From: Lama guanicoe
Taxonomy: Eukaryota
DNA: 64,000 nt
Assembly (NCBI GenBank): GCA_013239625.1
Contig: MU053934.1
Span: 1,605,031-1,669,030, forward strand
Direction: 5' to 3'
Numbering within the stretch: the first letter of the stretch is position 1; each line of letters starts with the position of its first letter. Below, piece by piece: positions 21,848 to 48,935 of the stretch. Under the pieces are notes generated by a model. It did no database searches and had not been told where the DNA came from. It saw only the letters and a program-made list of their open reading frames with translations. Made by a program: the position numbers and the translations under genes.

Positions 21848-21876
21848 GCGCCCCCTCCAGCCGCTAGGGGGCAGCA
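21848..21876. promoter_or_regulatory. CTCF-like motif(s) between HMOX1 and MCM5
   Basis: CCGCTAGGGGGCAG at 21861-21874; second weaker motif on the minus strand (GCTGGAGGGGGCGC) at 21848-21861. Confidence 0.65.
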
Positions 21877-21999
21877 GGCTCACACCCAGCAAGCCTGTAC
21901 TTCTCAGCGACCTACAGCTTCTTCCGCCCCGTGGCTCTGAAGTGGGTCATTTCCTCCCGAGACTTTGAAAAAGGCTTAAGGAGAGTACACAAAACAGCC

Positions 22000-22353
22000 C
22001 TCTCCCACCCGCCCGGCCCCTCGGCCCGCCCCTCCGCCATCTTGGCGCCCCGCCCCGCTGCTTCCTCCGGGTCAGTTTCGCGCCAAATTGTCCGGCACGC
22101 AAAATGGAGCCCGGAAGGAGGCGAGGAGGCCTGACGTCATGAGCCCTGCAGCCAATCCGCCTTGGCGGCAGGTCCGGTAGGCGGGACTCGCGGGCGCAGA
22201 GCGGTCCAATCACTGGCCGAGGGGCTCTGGTTACCCAATGAGAGCGCAGCGACCGCGGCGTCCAAACGCGGCGTCTCGTTTTTCCCGCGAAACTCGGCGG
22301 CGGGCCGTGGGGGTTCCTGTCTCTCGGGTTCCGGCGAGTGCGGGAAGGGAGAG
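22000..22353 (+). promoter_or_regulatory. MCM5 CpG-island promoter and non-coding exon 1
   Basis: E2F TTTCGCGCC 22076-22084 and TTTCCCGCGAAA 22281-22292; CRE TGACGTCA 22132-22139; CCAAT at 22152, 22206, 22235; YY1 CCGCCATCTT 22034-22043; donor GAG|gtgagg at 22353. Confidence 0.85.
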
Positions 22354-22587
22354 GTGAGGCCGGCGGGGCTGGGAGTGGGCACCTGGGCGTCTGCACTTGA
22401 CGGCGCAGTAAGGCAGTGGTTTCTCCTGGGAGAACTGGGGTCGGGGTCTGGGAGGCGGAACCGGGCTCACACCGCCCCGCATTCGGAGCGGAGGACCCGG
22501 GTGTCGGAGGGTTTGCCGCGCGCGCGTCCCCCTCCACACTGCCCCCTCCGCCTGCTCCAGCTCCTTGTCCCTGCGCCAGGTGCAGTC

Positions 22588-38872
<16,285 letters not shown>

Positions 38873-39055
38873 GTGGCGCTGCGCCTCCTCCCGCCCCTCC
38901 CACTGCAGGAATGCCGCTGCCATCACCTCCGCCTCCCCACTGCCACCTTGAACTTCCCATGCATTCTGGATGCAGGGACCTGCTCCTGCCTCACTGCCTT
39001 CCGTGTCTGCCTCAGCCACAGACCCAGGAAATGTGCCTTTGGAGTTTATTGAAAT

Positions 39056-39061
39056 AATAAA
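39056..39061 (+). terminator. MCM5 polyadenylation signal
   Basis: AATAAA ~185 nt after the stop with a downstream GT-rich tract. Confidence 0.85.
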
Positions 39062-39754
39062 GCTGTGGTGTGTTTGGATATCTGCGGGCTTCTGCCCTGG
39101 GTGGCCTGTCACCCCACCCTGCCCTCGGGCAAAGGCAGGCTTTGGAGCCTGACAGATCTGGGTTTCTGACCTGCTCTGCCACTCGGGCTCCTGGGCATGG
39201 CACTCACCTCTGTGCTCCGGACCTTCCCCGGCTCAGTGGGGAGGGTCCTGCCAGCGTCTTGATGGTGCAGGTGAGAATCCAACAAGATCCAGGGTGTGTG
39301 GAAGTGCATTGTAAAGCAGGTCAGTTTGACTCACCTCAGCTGTTCCCTAGCCGCTTAATGGGTGGGCAAGGCTGGAGGCATTTGCATCAGATTGGCTGAA
39401 TTCACGACTCTCTCTGAGCCTCAGTTTCCTAATCTGTAAATAGGGGCGACACCAGGGTCTCCTGCACAGGGTTGTGTTTAGCATAAGTGAGCTACTGCTA
39501 GTGACGTGTCCAGGAAGGGCCAGGCAGTGTGGAGAGACTGATGGCTTTTGTGTTCAGGGGCATGGATTCCCACTGGGCCTTAGAGCAGAGTAGGTAAGAG
39601 CAGAAGGTGCTGGAATTCTGTAGACTGCTTCTCCCCAGTGGGACCACCCACAAACTGTGTGGCCGTGAGTGAGGCACCTGACTTCTGGGCCCAAGTTTGT
39701 TTTTTTGGATATGCCATAATTTATTTTGGCATCCCCCCCCCCTTTGGTCTGGTT

Positions 39755-41160
39755 AACACGCATCACCACACATAGTTAACACACTTTTCTTTTCTTGTGA
39801 TAGGAACATTTAAGATCTATTCTCTTTAACAGCTTGCAGATATCTATTATACATTATTAACTATAGTCACCATGCTGTACATTATGTCTCTGTGACTTAT
39901 TTTATAAGTGGAAGTTTGTACCTTTTGACCCCCTTCACTCGTGTCGTCTCTGCCACCCCCCACCTCTGGCAACCATCAGTCTATTCTCTGTCTCTGAGCT
40001 TGGTTTTTCTTTGTTGTTGTTTCAGGCTCCACATGTCAGTGAGGTCATGCAGTATCGCTCTTTCTGTGCCTTGTTTAGCTTGTCTTAGTTCTCTCAAGGT
40101 CTGTCCATGTCACAAGCGTCAGGATTTCCTTATTTTTTTTAATGGCTGAAAAGTACTCCGTCGTGTACACACAGCACATTTCCTTTATCCTTTCATCCAT
40201 CAGTGGACACTTAGGTTGTTTCCATAGTTTGGCTGCTGTAGATAATGCTGCAGTGAACATGGGGGTGCAGGTACCTTTTCAAGTTAGTTGTTTCTGTTTT
40301 CTTTAGATACATATCCAGAAGTAGACTGCTCGATTGTAGGTAGTTCTAGTTTTAATTTTTTGAAGCATCTCTACTGTTTTCCACACTGGCTGCACCACTT
40401 TACCTTCATACCAGTGGTGCACAAGCATTCCGCCTTTCTCCACATCCTCACCGACGCTTGTTATTAATTGTCTTTTTGATAATAGCCATTCTAACAAGCA
40501 TGTGGTGGTGTCTCCTTGTGGTTTTGATTTGCATTTCTCTGATGGTTAGTGATGCTGAGCATCTTTTCATGGACCTGTTGGCCATCTGCATGTCTTCCTT
40601 GGAAAAATGGCTATTCAGATCTACCCATTTTTTAATTGGATTGTTTGATTTTTGCTACTGAGTTGGATGAGTGTTTTTTTTTTTAAATATATTTTGGGTA
40701 TTAACCCTTTATCAGATACGATTTGCAAATATTTTTTCCTGTTCCATCAGCTGCCTTTTCATTTTGTTGATGGTTTTCCTTTGTTGTACAGAAGCTTTTT
40801 AGTGATGTAGCCACACTTGTTCATTTTTTTGCTTTTGTTGCTTTTGGTGTCAAACCCCCAAAATTATTGCCAAAACTGATGCCAAGAAGCCTCCTGCCTA
40901 TGTTTTCTAATAGGAATTTTATGCTTTCAGGTCTTAAGTTTAAGTCATTGATCCATTTTGAGTTAATTTTTGTGTATGGTGTAAGACAGAGGTCCATTTC
41001 ATTCTTCTGCACGTAGCTGTCCCGTTTTCCCAACACCGTTTAATGAGAGAGACTGTCCTTTCCCCATTGTGTGTTTCTGGCTCCTCTGTTGTAAATTAAC
41101 TGACCGTTTATGAGTGGCTTTATTTCTGGGCTCTATTCTGTTCGGTTGATTTGTGTGCAC
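39755..41160 (-). mobile_element. L1 (L1MA/MB-like) 3' end with ORF2 C-terminal remnant
   Basis: Minus-strand ORF fragments MFTAALSTAAKLWKQPKCP and LTPYTKINSKWINDLNLRPESIK resemble L1 ORF2p C-terminus. Confidence 0.9.
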
Positions 41161-41849
41161 CTGAGTTTGTCAGTAAACTGGGGGTCATAGGAGTCATCAG
41201 TTGTGAGATTTGAGTAGCAGAAAGTGCTAGTAACAATAATATTGGAAAAAATCAACAATGCTAGTTTTTTGGTCATTATTTTGCCTAATATTGAAATATC
41301 AATATGAGTATATCTTGTTTTGAAGAAGGTAGAATTCACAAAATTAAAAACAAATCCTTGAAGTAAAATATTTGATATTTAAAATACATTTGGAAATACG
41401 AAACCTCAATGAAAACACAAACATATGTTAAAACGTCTTATCCTAATAAATTACTAGCAGATAAAGTGTTTTGCAAATAATCACCATGTAAAAATGAAGA
41501 CAGTCGTGAGAAACTCAAAGTAAAATGATTTGATCTTTCTAAAAACATGGACAGGAAAACTTGGTACCTCTGTGTGCTCATTGTTAAGTCACAAGTGTAT
41601 TTTTGTGCAACAGTTTCCAGCTGCTTAAAGCTCTTCCCTTGTACACCGTTCTGGGAAATGGAGAGATGAGAGGAGCTAAATCCACTTTAGCTCAATCACA
41701 TGACTCGCTCTTGTTTAAATCATGTTTCTGCTTTGATAACTGGAGAGCCTTTCACACAGGTCTTGGCTGTCTTTTCTGGATGCTGGGCTTCCTGAGAGCA
41801 TCTGAGCATTTCCGGTCCCTCTTTACCTTTTATCTTGTTCCAGTGGAGG

Positions 41850-42105
41850 CTTTTTTTTTTTTTTAAATCAAAGTATAATTGATTTGCAGTGTTGTGTTCG
41901 TTTCTGGCGTACAGCATAGTGATTCAGTTATAATTTTTTTAAAGGGAGATACTGGCGATTGAACCCAGGACCTCGTGCGTGCTAGGCATGCACACTACCA
42001 CTGAGCTATACCCTCCCCTCTTTCATATTCTTTATCATTACACATTATTATAAGATATGAATGTAGTTGCCTGCGCTGCACAGTAGGACCTTGTGGTTTA
42101 TCTTG
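41850..42105 (-). mobile_element. Short artiodactyl-type L1 3' fragment with a nested Vic-1-like SINE (~41933-42020)
   Basis: aagtataattgatttgcagtgttgtg...acagcatagtgattcagt, then SINE gattgaacccaggacctcgtgcgtgctaggcatgcacactaccactgagctataccc, then L1 resumes ...cagtaggaccttgtggtttatc. Confidence 0.75.
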
Positions 42106-45100
42106 GTAGACTCTTGAGCGTTCGCTGCATCCACTGCAGGACTGGACCTTCTTTTCCTGTGGTGTGTTGAATGTTGGACCTCGAACGCTCGTTAACCCTG
42201 CGGCCGGGTCTGGGTTTGCATTTCTTGGAGGTGGAGAGGGAGCTTTCTTCCGGGGTTGTGTTCGCCTGAGGTCTCATCTAGTGATGGCTGGTACTCGCGC
42301 CCGTGGAGACTACAAAGCGGCGAGTGTCCAGCTCCACCACCTGCATCTGTTAGCTGGGATGTGCCTGCTCCCCCAGCAGTCATGGGTGCTGTTACTTTTC
42401 CAGATGGGCGCACAGGCTCAGAGGCTTGTGTCACAGTGAGTGAGGGCAAGGTCAGGGTTCAGAACCGCCCAGCACGCTGCCGCCTCGCCCACGTCCTCAC
42501 TGGGCATCCCTGTGGTCGTGGCCTGGTGGAGGTGCTGGTTCAGGGGGAAGGCTGCCTGAGCATAGTCTCTGTCCCTGGGGTAGATGGCACAACTGTGGCA
42601 GCCTGGGGGCCGAGGAGCCAGATGGGGGAGTGTGACTGGCTTGGCTGTGGCTGGTGGGGTTGGGAGGGGGCTCCTGCTTAGAACTTAGCGACATTCCAGT
42701 CAGGATCCCTGAGGGCCTTCCAGGCGGAGGGGCTGTGAAGGTACTTAGGCATTTGAAGGAACTGACCAAGCCTCCACGAAGATCGCTGGGAAGAGCGGGG
42801 ATGCTGATGGATGGAGGGGAAGGGGACCAGGGAGCACTCTGGGAGTCAGGACGAGGCTGGGCTGGGGTCTGGGTGAAATCCGAGAAGGATCCTAACCTGG
42901 GTTGGGTTTGATTCTCAAGCTGCTCCCTTACCTGAGACCTCAGGCTCTCAGACCTCACCCTCCTGTTGCCTGCGGAAATTCTGCAGTTTCCTCCTCTGGG
43001 TGGGTTGCTGAGTCTCTCACCTCCCTTTTCTCATCTGTCAAAAGGAGGTGACAGTGGTCCTCTACCCCGTGGTGGCTGCGAGGACTCACTGAGGTGACAG
43101 ATGTCTGCCTGGAGGAAGTGTCCCAGGATGGGCTGAGCATCTTGTTTTCTCTACTTCCGGCTTCTGCATTCCCAGTTTCACCTTTTCCCACCCAGGTGGC
43201 TCAGCACCCCTGCCCCCCACCCCATCCCTGGCTTTTGTGGGTCTTTGGACTTCTATTCTAAGAGAGCCACCCAGTCCAAAATCTAGGGGAAAGAGTGAGT
43301 GAGGAGAGAGCACAGGAGCATCTGTGATTTAGTCTCTCCGCCCAGTGGTTTGGAAACTTCGCTGTTTCCATTGTCCTGCGTCCTTTATGGTTTCATTTAT
43401 ACCCATCGTAGTTGCTGAGTTGGTGAGGGTAAGGTTCTCCTCCACACGACCGTCACCAGACCTGGTGGCTTGCACGCACTGGATCAGAAGTCTTGCAGAG
43501 CAGATGTGCTAAATTGCAGTATTACAAAGGGAAATGTGAAGATTATGTCAGTCTGGCTTTTTATTCATTGGAAAGAGACACACAGTCAACAGTTGAAATG
43601 TGTTATTTTAGAGATGTGCTTGCTAGTAACATTGAGCACTGCTGTGTGTGTTAAGCACTGGAACATTCTATGATTTGATCCTCTCTGAGAGCCTGTGGGT
43701 TCGTGGTTTACTACTCTCATGTTACAGATGAGGACATCGAGCACAGAGGGTTCAAGTAATTCCCCCAAGGTCACACAGCTAGAGAGTGATAGTGCTGGGG
43801 TCAGACTGAGGACTCTGACTCTCATGTACAGTCGAGCTGCCCGAGAGTGGTACACGTGTCTGACACACGCATCAGACAAAAGACAATAGAGTGATGTTTT
43901 TGCTGTGCTTGGTGTCTGAAGACCACTGAGGCCTTTGCTGGGGTCTCTTCTCAAGCAAGCCCCTGCAGCTCCAGAGAGGATTTCGTCCTGGGCCCCAGAA
44001 GGGGCGAGAGGCCTGGGCCCAGGCTGGACCTCAGAAGCTGGAAGGGCCTGGAGCTGCTTGCTGCCCACTGGGAGGCTGGAGTGCTCAGCCTGCTGTCCAG
44101 GGAAATGCCTCCTGGGTGAGTGCAGGGAGGGGGTGCTGGTGCCGGCTTTAGCTTCCTCGCTGTGGTGAGGAGGGTCCTCACAGCCCAGTCCACCCTCCCA
44201 GAGAGCTCTGGGGACAGGGAGGTCCTGCTCGGGCTGGGCCAGGTGGCCAGTTAAATCTGAGAAAGCAGATCAGTAGTCAGAGGACCAGATGCTGCCAGGA
44301 GGGTGAACCCCAGCTCAGGCAGGAGCCAGGCAGAGGGAGGGAGGGAGGAGGGGCCCACATCCTAAATGGGTCAGAGAGCTTTCTCCCGTGCTCTCAGCCT
44401 CTCTGGTTCTCAGTTTTCTTGTCTGTAACATGGGTAGGGCCTTTCTGGTGCTGTCACCCAAAGGCTTGCATCCCAGAACTCCCTCAGTCCTGGGCAAACT
44501 GGGACAGTTGGTCACCCTAGAAATGGGGGAAGTAAAAACTCATCTCGATGAGTCGTGATCGGAGTCAAAGGGCTCCGAGTGAAAGCACTCAGCTTGGTAC
44601 CCACTGCAGGACCAGCACTCAGTAAACAGGGGATACAGTACGGATCCTTCCATGCAGAGTGCGTGGTGGGGGTCGGATGGCCAGACCCTGGATCCTAGCG
44701 CCCCCACTCCCTGACTGTGTGCCCTGAGTTCAGTTTCTTTATCTCCCCGGGCCTGCATTTCCCCAGATTTTAAAAGAAGATGATAGTAATGCAAACTGAG
44801 CAATTGTGGGGAGGATGAAGGGAAATAATTCAGATAAAGCACTTCATTCAGAGGCTGTGGGCACTGGCTTTGGGTGAGCAGGTAGGGTCTGTGGTTAATA
44901 ATGTGGCTATTAAGTCACTGTCAAGAGCTGCCAGACTTTTGCTAAGTGCTGTGTGTTGGGCTGGGGGCTCCAAAGCAGCCACTGGGCCTCTTGTTCCTAG
45001 CCTTGGTCCTTTTTTTTTTTTTTTTTAACCCCAAGCAATGGGAGATTTTTGATAGAAGTGAACCCTCCTGTTCTCCCAGAGGTGTGAGGACAGTGTCCGG

Positions 45101-46439
45101 GAGGGGGCGCCAGAGCACCAGCCATAGCAGCCATCTGTCCCCATCCCTCCCTGCCCACCAGTTCTCAGGAGCAGCTTCCCAGGGACCTCCGGCCTACTCC
45201 CTGGGAACCCGGAAACCCCGGCTCAGAGTCAGCCTGGAGAATCCTCTAGGCTCTGGATATTCACCACTGGCTTTGTTTAGACAAAGGCTGTCCCAGACCC
45301 TGGGATATTTAACCTTATGATTCTCTGGGTTGAAGAGTGTATCCTTGCCTCCAATTACAGACAATGAAACAGAGGCTGCAACGTTAAGTCACAGCAATGA
45401 GTGAAGCTAGGATTCCAACCCGGGGGCATCTCACCTCCAAATCTTTGTCATCCGCCTCCAAGAATGATGGAATCCTGGTCTTAGAAGGACCTTAACACTC
45501 ATAGAGGCTTAAAAGGCCTAGACTCAGAAATTTTTATTCAAGGCAAATACGTATTTGTTAACATTTTTCTCCACCTAGATAACAAAGGAAAGACTCAATC
45601 CCCCTCCTCTGCAGGCTGTCCCCAGCCATTCACTTTTCCTTGCTGGAGGTGACTGCAGTTAGTTTCTTGGGTCTTTTCCCAGATGTCAGAGGTAGATGGG
45701 GTTTCTGGTGACCTGGTCTTTGGGGACCCAGCTGCTTTTCACCCCCCGCCCTCAGGTTCCTCCTGTTGGTATTGCTGTCCCAGCCCAGGTGAATTGGAGG
45801 ATTTTCCTGGGCTCCTGGAGCCTCCAGCTTCAAGCCCACCCACTCCTTTAGAATGGGCTGTTGGCACTTGGAAGGGTGTCCCCTTTGGTACAAAGGAGGT
45901 CAGTTCTGTGTTTCCTCTCTAACCCTTCCCCTTCTATGGGTCCTTATCCCAGAAAGGCTGGCGCGTTTTCCCTTTGCCCCTGCAGGGGGAAGAGCGGAAG
46001 TGCTGAGTCACGTGGTGAGCGCTGAGCCTGGAGCCCTGTCTCCCTGTGGGGTTCCTGGCAAGCCAGAGGCTCGGGGTGGTGGGTCTACCCAGGGCAGGCC
46101 TCGAGGTCCCCTCTCTCCACCTGGGATCTGGACTGGAGAGCCGGCCTTACTCAGCTCTGTTATTTTCTCTTTCAGAAGCCCTCCTGCTCCCCGGCGTTGG
46201 GTCAGGAACCCCTCTGAGTGTCCCTCTCCTCTGTCAGAGCTCTAGTCTCACTGGGTTGTAATTTTCTTCTGTTTATCTGTTTATCTGTTTCCCCATTAGA
46301 AGGTGAGCTCTGGGAGGACAGGGCCCTGCCGAATTTTGTTTCTTCCCAGTGCTGAGCACTGAGCAGACACTCCATAAATGACTCAGTTAATCCAGTACTT
46401 TCCACCAAATCCACAGTTTCCCTTCCTTCTGGGCCCACC

Positions 46440-46750
46440 GAAGATTACACATCCCTGCCCCTGAAATTAGCTATATGACATGCTCTGGCCAATGAAATAG
46501 GAGCTCAAGTAATATGTTACTTCTGGGTGGAGACCTTTCAGAAGTAGTGTCTGTTCTCCCTGTTCCCTTCCCCATGAGCAGTGATACGAACTTCCAGGTG
46601 AGTTCCTCCGTGAGGGCAGCAGGGAGCAGAGCCCTGCCCCCACCCTCCTGGATATGTGTGAGTGAGAAGTAAACCTTTGTTGTTTTAAGCTATTGAGATT
46701 TGGAGGGACTGTTTGTTACACAGCTTGATGTTACATATCCTGACTGATAT
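46440..46750 (+). mobile_element. Old MaLR LTR (MLT1-like)
   Basis: tgacatgctctggccaatgaaat...gagaagtaaacctttgttgttttaagctattgagatttgg...ttgttacacagc. Confidence 0.6.
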
Positions 46751-48469
46751 AGGTCAGGAAAACAGGGATTATTGCCTTTTACACTTCCCTGGGAAGTTGG
46801 GATCATCAAAAGAGATGTATGTAACAACAGGGGTTAGATTGTCACCTTATCACTCACCCTCATACCCTCTCATGCTTTATATCTGGTGATGAGTCAGATT
46901 TCTCATAGGTCAGTGGCTTCCCACTGAAAGAATATGGCATTCACTCATCCATCCATTTGTATTGTGGAGATATTAATAGTATCTCCGATCTAGGGTTGTG
47001 ATGAGGATGAAATGCATTAATGTGTGTAGGGTTCTTAAAAGAGTACTTGGCATATGGTAAATACTATATAAGTGTTTCTATTATTGTTATCATTTTTTTT
47101 AGTTCATTTATGAAAATTTACTGAGCATTCACTGTGTTTTCTGGGAATAGAGAGAACAAAGCTAATCTCTTCTTGCCTTGGGAGAGAAAGGCCCAGAAAA
47201 GAATGTAGGTGCCAGCACGGAGGTGGCAGGCCTGTGAGTGAGCACAGAGTGCTATGGCATCTTCCGAGAGGGAGGGGCTCTGTGTAGGCTGGTGTGTGGG
47301 TACCAGGGTGGCCTTGTGCTTTGAGATAGAGCCCAGGGGCCTGGCTGGGGGTGGCGGGCAGCAGTTACATAAGCCTCCAGCTTGGGAGCCAGTGCGCTGC
47401 TCTACCGGTGCTGTTTGCAGCCCCCACACGCACCTTGCTCCTCTGCGGCAGGGCTGGGGTGGGAAGGGGGGAGGAGGAACGTCAGAGCAGCTGCTTCAAG
47501 TCTGGAAGCATCTTCCTCCACCTTCCTGGGGGAAGAAGACAAGAGGCCAGCCTCCAGCGCCGACCCCTGGCCTCAGGTGAACAGTTCGTAGCCGCCGTCT
47601 AGTCCTTGGCCCAAGCCATCTGCTCAGCCCTTTCTTCCAGCGCAGTCTGGTCTCATCCGGCTCTGTGGAGGGGTAGGGGGCTGGAGGAGAGGGGAGGAGG
47701 ATAGGGGTTGGGAGCTGGCTGGGCTGAGTGAACATAGAGATGGTGGGTCAGGAAGGAAGGCCAGGGAATCACGCACTAAGGACAGAGGCTGAGGAAGAGA
47801 GGATGGAGGGAAGGTCAGGGCTGCTGGGGGCGAGTGCCTTGGGGGCAGGTGATGGAGGCCCAGGCCAAGCTCCTCGGTTGCCTTTGTCCATTCATCCCCC
47901 TGACATGGAAGAGAACTCTGACCATTGGAGCCCAAGAGGACCTGGGCAATATCAGATCATCAGCCCTGCATTATAGCTGGAGAGACTGAGGCCCAGAGAG
48001 GCCATGTAACTTCCTCACAGACACACAGCCAGTTAGGGGCTTACCCAGAGTCAGAACCCAGACCTCTTGGCTCTCAGTCCAGTGCTCCTCACATGATACC
48101 ACACTGCCTTTTGGGGCCTTGAGGCCTCCTGTTTCATTGGGAAACCGTAAAGTAAGGGGGGCCGTGTTGCTGCCATTGCTAGTGCCTGCCCTCCATCCTG
48201 TTCTCCCACCTCCATCTGCCTCCCGCTTCTGTGAGGCTGCCCCGTGGGGGAAGGGGCACAGCCAAGCGCAGGTTCAGTTCAGCTTTTCCACCCGCAGAAC
48301 CCAGGGCTGGGCATGTCTGCTGCAAAAGGTCTGGGAGCAGCCTTGCTCACCCTGTGTACCCACCTTCTTTTTAGAGGCAACCTGTCGGGGCAGGGGCCTG
48401 GGGTGGGGCCTCTCCTTCAAGACCTGTGCTGGGCAGTCTCTCAGATGGCCTGACTTGTCCTACCTCCTG

Positions 48470-48935
48470 GTGCGTGCACTCTTGTGTCATCCTCCCTAGC
48501 CTTGAATGTGGGCTGATTTAGTGACTTGAGTCTAAAAATAGAACATGGCACCAGTGACGGGGATGTCGCTCCTGAGATTTGGTTACCAAAGATGGTGGCT
48601 TGCGTCTGTGGTGTCTCCTCCCTCTCTCCCTTTCTCTCTTGCTCGCTGGGAGCCAGCTGCTATGATGTGAGCTGCCCAGCTAAGCCAACGTCCAGCCAGC
48701 ACCCAAGGCCAGCCAGCAGCTGTGGGAGTAAGCCTGGAAGTGAACCCTCCCTAGACGAGCTTTCCAATGAGAACACGGCCCTGGCTGACGCCCTGACTTC
48801 AACCTCGTGAGAAACCCTGAGCCAGAGAGCCCAGCGAAGCTGTGCCCAGATTCCTGATCCTAGAAACTGAGATAATGTTTGTTTTAAGCCACTAAATTTG
48901 GGGGGAATTGGCTGCACAGCCCCGGACAACTTAAT
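48470..48935 (+). mobile_element. MaLR LTR (MLT1-like)
   Basis: ctgacgccctgacttcaacctcgtgagaaaccctgagccagagagcccagcgaagctgtgcccagattcctgatcctagaaactgagataa. Confidence 0.7.

Noticed and set aside
22162..22587. Stop-free frame upstream of and in frame with the MCM5 ATG
   Set aside because: Starts at TTG, crosses the promoter and intron 1 in a CpG island where stops are rare; no in-frame AUG
41165..41600. AT-rich block after the L1
   Set aside because: Probably an old transposon remnant; I could not assign a family or function
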